Shown here piece after piece: positions 17,548 to 25,441 of a stretch of 43,496 nt of DNA. Under the pieces are notes generated by a model. The model was not told where the DNA came from and searched no databases. It saw nothing but the letters and a program-made list of their open reading frames with translations. Made by a program: the position numbers and the translations under genes. Position 1 is the stretch's first letter. Each line of letters begins with the position of its first letter. The stretch comes from Actinomycetota bacterium (lineage in GTDB: Bacteria; Actinomycetota; AC-67), in the NCBI GenBank assembly GCA_035307625.1, contig DATGHY010000315.1, forward strand, positions 1-43,496, in the 5' to 3' direction.

Positions 17548-18186
17548 ATGAAAGACGCAAGTGGAAACCGAGTGTTAGGGAAGACCCGTTGGCGGAGGTT
17601 CGGTCTCGCCTACGGTCTTTCGATGGGCGTCATCGTCAGCGTGTTGGTGCTAGCGGCGACCGGTGCGATCGCATTGCCACTCACGATCGCCGGCCCGTCA
17701 TTCACCGTTGCAGGCGACGCGCTGCACGGCACGGGATTCTCCCAGTACGGCAGCGTTGAGCAGGATCAGTTTGGCCACCCACATGCGATCGGGGTCACGA
17801 CGATCGACAATCTCACCGATGGGTCGGGCAACGGCATAGTCAACCTGTTGCAAACGGTTTGCGGGCCAACGGGCATCCCGGTGGCCAGCTTGTCCAACCT
17901 CACGATGGTGATCACCGGTGACAGTGTGACGGCGACGAACCTCGTGGCCGGCGTTACCGATCTGACCACCGCTGCCGGAGTCACGACCGCCTTCAACAAC
18001 TTGGTCGTCGGCGTGCCCCTCGGGCCGGTCAACAGCATCAACCCGGCGCTGGGGCAGTCACTGGGACAGACTGCGGACTCGTTCGACATCGGCGGGCCTT
18101 TCACGCAAACGGCGATATCGACCACGGCAGGAACCTTCATGGTCAAGCACCTGGCTCTGCACGTGCACTTCTCGAGCAGTTGCTGA
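17548..18186 (+). CDS. N-terminally membrane-anchored Thr/Gly/Val-rich protein, DUF6230-like (assignment from memory)
   Basis: N-terminal region KTRWRRFGLAYGLSMGVIVSVLVLAATGAIALPLTIAGPSFTVAGDALHGTGF. Predicted beta-rich ectodomain. The last residue is Cys (..HVHFSSSC*). Confidence 0.65.
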   Translation: MKDASGNRVLGKTRWRRFGLAYGLSMGVIVSVLVLAATGAIALPLTIAGPSFTVAGDALHGTGFSQYGSVEQDQFGHPHAIGVTTIDNLTDGSGNGIVNLLQTVCGPTGIPVASLSNLTMVITGDSVTATNLVAGVTDLTTAAGVTTAFNNLVVGVPLGPVNSINPALGQSLGQTADSFDIGGPFTQTAISTTAGTFMVKHLALHVHFSSSC

Positions 18187-18260
18187 TCACCTAAGGCTCT
18201 TGCGGAGATTCGTTGGGAGAGGGTGGCTTGTCCACCCTCTCCCATCTGAGGGAGATCACG

Positions 18261-19100
18261 ATGGACACGATCCTCGGCATGAAGGCTCAAGCGAAGCCCT
18301 ACGCGCGTTTTGGATTGCATAACCTTCGCTTGAACTTCCGAGTATGGAGACGAAGCCGGCCGTTCTGGGCTGGGTTGATCGCGCTTGTCGGCGGTCTGCC
18401 TATGTGGTACTTCCCCATGAAGGCGGTTCAGTTTCTCTTCGTGAGCAAGACCCCGATCTGGCAGGGGATCCTCGTCGGCGTCCTTGTGGAGACCTTTGCC
18501 CTCCTCCTTTGGATCCAACCTGCACACCGAACGATGTACGGCGTGTTCATCGTTCTCTTGTCACTTGTTTCGTTCATCACCTCAGACTTTGGCGGATTGT
18601 TCATCGGGATGCTGCTCGGCATCTTGGGCGGATCGCTGGCGTTGGCATGGACGCCGGTGATGGGCAAGACGAAGCATCAACAGAAGTGGCTCGCGAAGTC
18701 CGGTGTCGTGGTTCCCGCCGCGGACACCATCGTGCTCGACGAACCCCTTCCCGTTCTCGCACTCGAACCCGAACCCGTCGAGCAGCCGGACACGATCGAG
18801 CTGGAACCCGTTGCTCTGACCGAAGCCGAAGCGGCTGTGGTTCCGGCCGACACCATGGTCTTCGAGCAGCCGCCGGCGATCATCGATATCACCGAGGCGG
18901 AGGCTGAGCCCGGCAGCGACATCGACATCACCGGGTGGGAGCTTCCGCCGGATCAGCCTCTCGACCTTCCGTCGGAAGCGATCGACCTGACCGAAGACGC
19001 CGAAGCGCCGCCGCAGATCGATCTGCGCGAGGAGAAAGCTACAACAGCGCCTCCGCCCTCAGACGTTGACCGACCCGGCGCAGAAACACCGGGGGGGTAG
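18261..19100 (+). CDS. 4-TM membrane protein, DUF6114-like (assignment from memory), with an acidic Pro/Glu-rich C-terminal tail
   Basis: ATG at 18261 with a GAGGGAGA SD. WRRSRPFWAGLIALVGGLPMWYF is followed by three further hydrophobic helices. The tail of about 120 aa carries the repeats IDITEAEAEP, IDITGWELP, IDLTEDAEAP and IDLREE. Confidence 0.65.
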   Translation: MDTILGMKAQAKPYARFGLHNLRLNFRVWRRSRPFWAGLIALVGGLPMWYFPMKAVQFLFVSKTPIWQGILVGVLVETFALLLWIQPAHRTMYGVFIVLLSLVSFITSDFGGLFIGMLLGILGGSLALAWTPVMGKTKHQQKWLAKSGVVVPAADTIVLDEPLPVLALEPEPVEQPDTIELEPVALTEAEAAVVPADTMVFEQPPAIIDITEAEAEPGSDIDITGWELPPDQPLDLPSEAIDLTEDAEAPPQIDLREEKATTAPPPSDVDRPGAETPGG

Positions 19101-19107
19101 GCGGACG

Positions 19108-19635
19108 ATGAAGCGAGCCGTCACCGGGATGCTCGCGATTACGCTGCTGGCAGGGTTCGGCGCGCTCGCGCACGATCCGATCGTTCCGGTCGGCGCGCGC
19201 GTTCGCGCAACGGGCGCCGCTGCAGTTGCCGATCGTTTCACCTTGTCGTCGTCACAGATCGAGGAGACGGGGCTGATGTTCGTCGGCCTAGCCGACGTGA
19301 CGATCGGCTCGACGACGACCAGCACCATGAAGTTCACGATCGACGGCGCCACCATGCACGGCATGGACATGACGACCGACTGCCAAACCTCGTTCACGGT
19401 GCTCTCGAAGGTGACGGATCCGGATACGGCTACCGTGGGCGCGTCGACGCTTTACCTGACGAGTTTCTCGTTCTTGCTTTCGGGGTCGCCACAGTCTTTC
19501 ACGGTCGCGGCGCCACCCTTCGTGGGCTACTCGTTGCCGTCGGACACGCTCACCAGCGTTGAGATGGTCGGCGTTCGGGCCGACGTCGCGACGATGACGT
19601 TGCACAATTTCTCCCAGCAACTGGTCGCCTGCTGA
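19108..19635 (+). CDS. Secreted hypothetical protein, apparent distant paralog of the 17548 product
   Basis: Starts 8 nt after the upstream stop. Signal peptide is MKRAVTGMLAITLLAGFGALA. It has an internal Cys plus a terminal Cys (..LHNFSQQLVAC*) and a similar FT[VL]...G..G start to the ectodomain. Confidence 0.6.
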   Translation: MKRAVTGMLAITLLAGFGALAHDPIVPVGARVRATGAAAVADRFTLSSSQIEETGLMFVGLADVTIGSTTTSTMKFTIDGATMHGMDMTTDCQTSFTVLSKVTDPDTATVGASTLYLTSFSFLLSGSPQSFTVAAPPFVGYSLPSDTLTSVEMVGVRADVATMTLHNFSQQLVAC

Positions 19636-19654
19636 GCATCCCTCAAGATGGGGC

Positions 19655-19686
19655 GAACGGGCCGGCCGGCTTCGGCCGGCCCGTTC
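19655..19686 (+). terminator. Intrinsic-terminator-like hairpin ending the 17548-19635 operon
   Basis: GAACGGGCCGGCC-ggcttc-GGCCGGCCCGTTC forms a 13-bp perfect stem 20 nt after the stop. Confidence 0.6.
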
Positions 19687-19932
19687 TGGGGGCTTTGATC
19701 TCGCACCTCGCGCGCGGAACGTAGACGCGCCAGATCCAAGCCGCTCAGAGGGGAAGGTTCAACAATCATATGTCCGGGGCCTGCGCGGGGACGAACCGGG
19801 TCGGTTGGACATATGCCGAAGTTGACGCTGTATCCTTTGTGGGCGTCACAAGGGCGTGATACACCAGGCGGCCACGTACCGTGAACCTTTGCACGGGCCG
19901 GTCTGTGAGTCTCACAAAGGTGGGGGGCGGCG

Positions 19933-21210
19933 ATGCCACGGACGACGCAGCGAAAGGCCGATCGAGACCCGCGCGCCCACGCGCTGACAGAGATCCTCGA
20001 CGACCTCGAGCGGACCACGGACGATCTTGCCGAGCGCATGCTCAAGCAATACTTGGAGTCGATCCCGAGCTACCGCGCGCTACCCGACGTCACGCTCGAT
20101 CAGATCCGTGACGTGAACCGAGGAAACGTCCGCGGTTTCATCCGCGCGATGCGCGCCGGTCGCGGACCGAGCAGCGAAGAGCTCACGATGATCCGCGATA
20201 GCGCGTCGCGTCGCGCGCGCGAAGGCGTTCCGCTCTCTGCGTTGCTTGCCGCATATCGCACGGGCGCCCAGATCGCGTGGGCGGAAGCGCGCGTGATCAT
20301 CGGCGACGACCATCAACGTCTGGCGGCGGGCTTGGATTTCGCGACCGCGGTCATGAGTTGGATCGATGAAGCGAGCGGCGCTGCCGCGCAAGCGTATCTC
20401 TCCGAGTACGAACGGTTGACCAGCGATCGTGAGACGGCGCGGCGTGACTTCCTCGACGGCGTGCTCGGCGGAGAGCTGACGACCGAAGAGATCCTTGCCC
20501 GGGGCGAGGCATTGGGACTCGATATCGCCGTTCCGTACTGCCTCGCGATCATCGCGTTCGCACAGCAGGGCGCGGACGAACCCTTGCTTCGAAACGGCCA
20601 GCACCGCCTGCGTGCGATGGCGGCCGAGCTTCCGAACGCCGACCGTTCGTTGGTCGTTGCGCGCGGTGACGAGCTCGTGCTCATCTTCCCAGCAGAAGGC
20701 GAAGCCGACTCGATGGCCCCGCACCTCGTGTCGTTCATCGAGCGAGCTGGGGGCGTGATCGGTGCCGGGCTGTCGGCCGGCCTCGGTCGCGCGCGCGAGT
20801 CGATCACGGAGCTGTCGGGCTCGTACCGCGAAGCGTCGATCGCGCTTGCCGCCGCACGTGCGGGATCGTCGTCACCGTTGGCCGTCTACGGCGAGGTTCT
20901 GATCGAGGAGCTCATCCTCCGCGAGCGCGCCGTCGCACGGCGGCTCGCACGAACGATCCTCGAGCCGCTCGATCCGCATCCGGACTTGCTGGCTACGCTC
21001 GTTTCGTACATGGTGCACGGCCCATCGTTGCCGGCCGTTGCGAAGCGCCTGTACTTGCACCCGAACACGGTCGCCTATCGGCTCGCCCGCGTGAAAGAGC
21101 TCACGGGGCGCGATCCGAAATCGCCGGCCGGCGTTGCGGAGCTCTTCCTCGCGCTGCGCGCCTCCCAGCTCGTCGGGGGACAGCCCGAAGGTAGTCCTGT
21201 CGAACACTGA
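19933..21210 (+). CDS. PucR/CdaR family transcriptional regulator
   Basis: The C-terminal PucR HTH is LLATLVSYMVHGPSLPAVAKRLYLHPNTVAYRLARVKELTGRDP. The GGDEF-like middle region is typical of the family. Confidence 0.9.
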   Translation: MPRTTQRKADRDPRAHALTEILDDLERTTDDLAERMLKQYLESIPSYRALPDVTLDQIRDVNRGNVRGFIRAMRAGRGPSSEELTMIRDSASRRAREGVPLSALLAAYRTGAQIAWAEARVIIGDDHQRLAAGLDFATAVMSWIDEASGAAAQAYLSEYERLTSDRETARRDFLDGVLGGELTTEEILARGEALGLDIAVPYCLAIIAFAQQGADEPLLRNGQHRLRAMAAELPNADRSLVVARGDELVLIFPAEGEADSMAPHLVSFIERAGGVIGAGLSAGLGRARESITELSGSYREASIALAAARAGSSSPLAVYGEVLIEELILRERAVARRLARTILEPLDPHPDLLATLVSYMVHGPSLPAVAKRLYLHPNTVAYRLARVKELTGRDPKSPAGVAELFLALRASQLVGGQPEGSPVEH

Positions 21211-21348
21211 AGGGCACGCCTCGATACGCAGCGTGAATGGTCTGATGAGGCCATTTCCGGGATCGTGTTACGACTCCTAGAATCCTGTTGTCGTTCCTGG
21301 TAATGCTTTGCCTATGTCCTTACAATCTCCGCATAAGCCCCCCTAGGG

Positions 21349-21382
21349 AAGCGACCCCCTGCCCGGTCAGGGGGTTTCGCTT
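21349..21382. terminator. Bidirectional terminator-like hairpin (bulged stem)
   Basis: AAGCGACCCCCTG-cccggt-CAGGGGGTTTCGCTT lies 18 nt beyond the stop of the minus-strand macro gene and about 140 nt beyond the PucR stop. Confidence 0.5.
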
Positions 21383-21399
21383 ATCAGGAGCTCGATGCT

Positions 21400-21924
21400 C
21401 TATCCGTCGCGTGATGCGCCGAGCGCGCGCGTGAACGCTTCGTACGCGTGCGCATCGAAAAGGACGAAGCGAACTTCGGCGACATGTGTGATCGCATCGC
21501 GCGCCGCGCGCACCGCAACCGACGCGGCAGCGTCGAGCGGATAGCCGTAGACACCGGTGGAGATCGCGGGGAATGCGACGACGCGCGCGCCGAGCTCGTC
21601 GGCGACGCGTAACGATTCCGTGTGGCACGACGCAAGGATGTGAGAGCGATCTTCGTTGGCCGAATAGACGGGACCGACTGTGTGGATCACCCATCGGGCG
21701 TCGAGCATGCCGGCTGTTGTGGCGACCGCGCGGCCGGGTGGCAAGCCTCGAGGAAGCGTCGTCGCGCGCAACCGGCGGCACTCCTCGATGATGGCGGGTC
21801 CGCCGCGCGCGTGGATGGCGCCGTCGACGCCGCCGCCGCCCATCAACGACGAGTTCGCCGCGTTCACGATCGCATCGACCCTCTGACCCGTGATGTCGCC
21901 TTGAAGAAGAACGATCTCGGTCAT
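21400..21924 (-). CDS. Macro domain protein (O-acetyl-ADP-ribose deacetylase, YmdB-like)
   Basis: I chose the ATG at 21924. Motifs are LLQGDITGQRVDAIVNAANSSLMGGGGVDGAIH, VIHTVGP and AFPAISTGVYGYP. Confidence 0.9.
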   Translation of the reverse strand: MTEIVLLQGDITGQRVDAIVNAANSSLMGGGGVDGAIHARGGPAIIEECRRLRATTLPRGLPPGRAVATTAGMLDARWVIHTVGPVYSANEDRSHILASCHTESLRVADELGARVVAFPAISTGVYGYPLDAAASVAVRAARDAITHVAEVRFVLFDAHAYEAFTRALGASRDG

Positions 21925-21988
21925 GTACCCGATCGTAGCGTGAGGCCGCGGATGGACAGAACCGAGCGCGCGCAGCGAGAGTGACCGC

Positions 21989-22882
21989 GTGAAGATCGCT
22001 ATCACCGGTTCGAGCGGCTTCATCGGGACCGCATTGGTACGCGCGCTCGAAGTGCGCGGCGACGAGGTCGTGCGTCTCGTGCGCGAGGGCCCTGCGGATC
22101 CGGGAAGGGTGCTTTGGGATCCTGAGCGAGGAGCGCTCGAACCTCGCGGGTTGGCCGGCGTCGAGGCCGCGGTCAACCTCGCAGGGGAGCCGATCGGGAA
22201 GCGGCGGTGGACCGCGCGCCAGAAAGCACGGATCGTCAACGGCCGGGTACGTGGAACCGAAACCTTCGCGAGTTCCTTGGCCGCGCTGTCCCCCCGGCCG
22301 CGTGTGCTCGTGAGCGCGTCGGCGATGGGCTTCTACGGTGAGCGCGGCGACGAGATCCTGACGGAAGACGCATCCTCCGGCATCGGCTTCCTCCCTTCGG
22401 TCTGCAGGCGTTGGGAAGAGGCGACGTCATCCGCGAGCGACGCTGGAATCCGTGTCGTTCACTTGCGCACCGGCTTGGTGCTCGATCCGTCCGGCAGCCT
22501 GTTGAAGCGTGTGCTGCTTCCGTTCCGGTTCGGCATGGGCGGCCGTCTCGGCGACGGCACGCAATGGATGAGCTGGATCACACGTACCGACCACGTCGCC
22601 GCGATCCTGCATCTGCTCGATCGGGACGCCGCGTCGGGTCCGTTCAACATCGCGGCGCCGAATCCCGTGCGGAACGCTGAGTTCACGCGCGCGCTCGCGC
22701 GCGTCCTGCACCGGCCGGCTGTGTTCCCGATTCCGCGCGCGTTGATCGCCATCCCGTACGGCCGTGAGCTTGCCAACGATCTGCTGTCGAGCACGCGGAT
22801 GGCTTCGCAGAAGCTCGAAGCTTCCGGGTATCGATTCGAAGCGACGGAGCTCGAGCCCGCGTTGCGGGCGATGCTCGGTTAG
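21989..22882 (+). CDS. TIGR01777/YfcH-like NAD-dependent epimerase family protein (SDR with DUF1731 C-terminus)
   Basis: Rossmann motif MKIAITGSSGFIGTAL. C-terminal motifs are WISW.H..D and GY.F. Confidence 0.85.
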   Translation: MKIAITGSSGFIGTALVRALEVRGDEVVRLVREGPADPGRVLWDPERGALEPRGLAGVEAAVNLAGEPIGKRRWTARQKARIVNGRVRGTETFASSLAALSPRPRVLVSASAMGFYGERGDEILTEDASSGIGFLPSVCRRWEEATSSASDAGIRVVHLRTGLVLDPSGSLLKRVLLPFRFGMGGRLGDGTQWMSWITRTDHVAAILHLLDRDAASGPFNIAAPNPVRNAEFTRALARVLHRPAVFPIPRALIAIPYGRELANDLLSSTRMASQKLEASGYRFEATELEPALRAMLG

Positions 22883-23667
22883 ACGGTTTCCGACGGGCCG
22901 CTCGGAAGGAAAACGCGGAAGCGCGCGCCGCCGCCGGGACGGTCTTCAACCCATGCGCGGCCGCCGTGACTGTCGGCGAAGCGCGCGACGAGCGACAAAC
23001 CGATCCCAACACCGGGCGCGTGCTTGCTTATGCCGGCCTGCTTGAACGGCTCGAAGATCGCCGTGCGCAGCTCCGGCGGCACGCCGGGTCCGGAATCTTC
23101 GACCGTGAGGAGCACACCGCCGTCCTCCGCGCTCGTGTAGACCCGCACCGGTGAGCCCGGGGGTGTGTGCGTCAGTGCGTTGATGATGAGGTTCTCGATG
23201 ATGCGCTCGGCTTGGGTGTGGTCGACCGCAATGAGCACGTCCTCGCACTCGAGCGTGACGCGCTGCCGCTCGGACGCGTCCAACTCGTCAGCGACATGGC
23301 GCACGAGATCCCCGATGTTGCCGAGCCGGCGCGCCGGCGAAAGCATCCCGTGACGCAAACGGTCGAGGTCGAGAAGATCGTTCAGGAGCCGGTCGAGCTT
23401 GGACGCTTTGCTCGCGATTCGACGCATGAACTCTTTGACCTCGACGGGATCGATGCGCTCGTAGTCGTGCTCGATCGTCCGGGCAAGGCCGAGGATCGCC
23501 GTCACCGGCGTGCGAAGCTCGTGCGACAGCGCGGAGAGGAAGGCGTTCTTCATCTCGTCGAGCGCGCGCAACTCTTCGACGACCTCGTGCTCGCGTTCGT
23601 ATGCGCGCACGAGGTCGCCTTCGCGACTGCGCTCACCGGGCGAAGCGCCTTGCTCCTCTTCCGTCAT
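22879..23667 (-). CDS. Cytoplasmic histidine kinase (HisKA + HATPase_c, no TM segment)
   Basis: ATG at 23667 with a GAGGG SD. H-box is FLSALSHELRTPV. Other motifs are NALTHTP, DSGPGVP and GVGIGLSLV. Confidence 0.9.
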   Translation of the reverse strand: MTEEEQGASPGERSREGDLVRAYEREHEVVEELRALDEMKNAFLSALSHELRTPVTAILGLARTIEHDYERIDPVEVKEFMRRIASKASKLDRLLNDLLDLDRLRHGMLSPARRLGNIGDLVRHVADELDASERQRVTLECEDVLIAVDHTQAERIIENLIINALTHTPPGSPVRVYTSAEDGGVLLTVEDSGPGVPPELRTAIFEPFKQAGISKHAPGVGIGLSLVARFADSHGGRAWVEDRPGGGARFRVFLPSGPSETV

Positions 23668-23987
23668 AGAACCCTCATTCGGATGTGTTCGCCCAGGATG
23701 TCCGGCATCGACCCTCCTACAAACCCGCAACCCGCCCATCTTGGGGGGTGACCCACGTCCCAGCGGCGCGTCGTTGAGCGCCGGGGTAGCCCAAGGTCCC
23801 CCTTCTGATAGTCAGTAGGGGTCATTTTGGCCCCGGATCCTTATCGCGACACCTCGTCTGTACGACAACACAGATGAGGGAACACGCTCAAAGTGTTGTG
23901 GCTCCAAGCATGAAGCCCGTTGGGCGAGGGATGAAGAGCAAGGCAACTGCGCGGCCCTCTGAGAGAGAATTAACCAAGTCTGGTGAT

Positions 23988-24019
23988 GGAAGAGGCGAGC
24001 GCGAAGGCTCGCCTCTTCC
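23988..24019 (+). other. Strong hairpin inside a 370-nt noncoding region (possible sRNA/leader 3' end)
   Basis: GGAAGAGGCGAGC-gcgaag-GCTCGCCTCTTCC forms a 13-bp perfect stem, followed by ATTTCC. Confidence 0.4.
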
Positions 24020-24107
24020 ATTTCCGCTGCGTGTGGCGCGCGCGCACCGTGAAGACCTCGGATCCCTCGTGTTTCTGATGCGAACCGAACACCGATAGAA
24101 TTCGGTC

Positions 24108-24803
24108 ATGTCCGTTCATCGCCTGACCATCGCCGTGCCGGTCTACAACGAAAGCGAGCGGGTCGGTCCCGCTCTGAAAGAGCTCCTGTCGACGAGCTTC
24201 CCCGTCGAAGTCGAGATCCTGATCGTCGATGATGGCTCGGTCGATGGGACTGCCGAAACCATCGCTGCGCTTCCGCTTCCCGAGAACGTCCGGCTGATCA
24301 AGCACGAGCGGAACAGGGGGAAGGGCGCCGCCCTCCGAACCGCCCTCGCCGAAGCGACCGGTGACCTGTTCGTGCCGTTCGACGCCGACCTCGAGTACCA
24401 AGCATCGGATCTTGTTGCGTGCCTCGAGCCCTTGATCGCCGGAGAGGCGGAGCTGGTCTACGGGACGCGCGCGTTCGGTTCCCACACGTCGTTCAACTTC
24501 TGGTACGTGATGGGGAACAAGTTCCTGAACCTATGGGCGAACATCCTTTTCAACTGCTACATCTCCGACCTCGAAACCTGCTTCAAGATGGCGAAGACAT
24601 CCATCTTGCGCAGCCTCGACCTCAAAACGAGCGGATTCGACATCGAAGCCGAGATGACGGCGAAGCTCCTTCGTGCCGGGTACCGGCCTTTCGAGGTGCC
24701 GATCGGCTACAAGGCTCGTTCCCGCGAACAGGGCAAGAAGATCAGCTGGAAAGACGGGATCATCGCCCTCTGGACGATCGCTCGGATCCGCTTCGCAGGC
24801 TGA
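24108..24803 (+). CDS. Glycosyltransferase family 2 (polyprenol-phosphate glycosyltransferase-like)
   Basis: Motifs are LTIAVPVYNE, ILIVDDGSVDGT, NRGKGAALRTA and FDADLEY (DxD). Confidence 0.85.
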   Translation: MSVHRLTIAVPVYNESERVGPALKELLSTSFPVEVEILIVDDGSVDGTAETIAALPLPENVRLIKHERNRGKGAALRTALAEATGDLFVPFDADLEYQASDLVACLEPLIAGEAELVYGTRAFGSHTSFNFWYVMGNKFLNLWANILFNCYISDLETCFKMAKTSILRSLDLKTSGFDIEAEMTAKLLRAGYRPFEVPIGYKARSREQGKKISWKDGIIALWTIARIRFAG

Positions 24804-24968
24804 CCCGGCGACACCCAGCGATCCGGCGATAACCGCAGCCCAACCGTCACGTTTGTGACGAGTCCTCGACCGATTTGGGCCCCTCAGACGGGAAAGAATG
24901 GGGCATCGTGCCCATCCGAGAAATGAGCCTCGCCCAGATAATGGCTCAACCCGGCAGAGGGCACTCAC

Positions 24969-25331
24969 ATGATCACGGTTCTACTTGCGGACGACCTCGA
25001 GGAGTATCGCGTCCTCCTCCGCAAGATGCTCGAGATGGACGGTCGATTCAGCGTCGTCGGCGAAGCGCCCGACGGCGTCGCAGCCGTACGTCTCGCCCGG
25101 GAAGTCGACCCCGATGTGGTGTTGCTCGACATCGCGATGCCCGAGATGGACGGCCTCGAAGCGATCCCGCATCTGCGCCGACTAGCACCGCGCTCGCGTG
25201 TGGTCATGCTCTCGGGCTTCGGCGAAGAAGTGATGTCGAACACGAGCCTCCGCCTCGGCGCCGACGCCTACGTCGTGAAAGGGCACATGACGGACGATCT
25301 CGTCCGAACCCTCACGTCGGTCCTCGATTAG
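24969..25331 (+). CDS. Stand-alone response-regulator receiver domain (CheY-like)
   Basis: Motifs are VLLADD, DVVLLDIAMPEMDG, VVMLSGF and AYVVKG. There is no output domain. Confidence 0.9.
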   Translation: MITVLLADDLEEYRVLLRKMLEMDGRFSVVGEAPDGVAAVRLAREVDPDVVLLDIAMPEMDGLEAIPHLRRLAPRSRVVMLSGFGEEVMSNTSLRLGADAYVVKGHMTDDLVRTLTSVLD

Positions 25332-25441
25332 CGCCGGAACGTCTAACCAGCCCCTCTTCCTGCGGAAATAGCGCGCGAGCCACCCGTTCCGCCGTGCATC
25401 CTGCTTGTCATCGCCCTCGGTGGGTGCCCATCCTTCCGCCC

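Noticed and set aside
19904-19916. TGTGA..TCACA resembling a CRP/FNR site
   Set aside because: The spacing is TGTGA-N3-TCACA rather than the N6 of CRP-family sites. I kept it only as a generic palindromic operator candidate.
21242-21249. CUGAUGAG, the hammerhead-ribozyme core heptamer
   Set aside because: No properly placed GAAA, no complementary stem II or stem III, and no cleavage-site context could be drawn around it.
23812-23845. GGGG-initiated segment checked as a possible tmRNA or other housekeeping RNA start
   Set aside because: No tRNA-like acceptor/T-arm (GGTTCGAATCC..CCA), no tag reading frame, and no RNase P, SRP or riboswitch cores were found.
24875-25441. 189-codon N-terminal extension of the topA ORF in the track
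   Set aside because: It overlaps the clearly real response-regulator gene in another frame and is Arg/Pro-rich. Topoisomerase homology begins at PKPLVIVESPAKAKT, so I placed the start at GTG 25442 (alternatively 25424).
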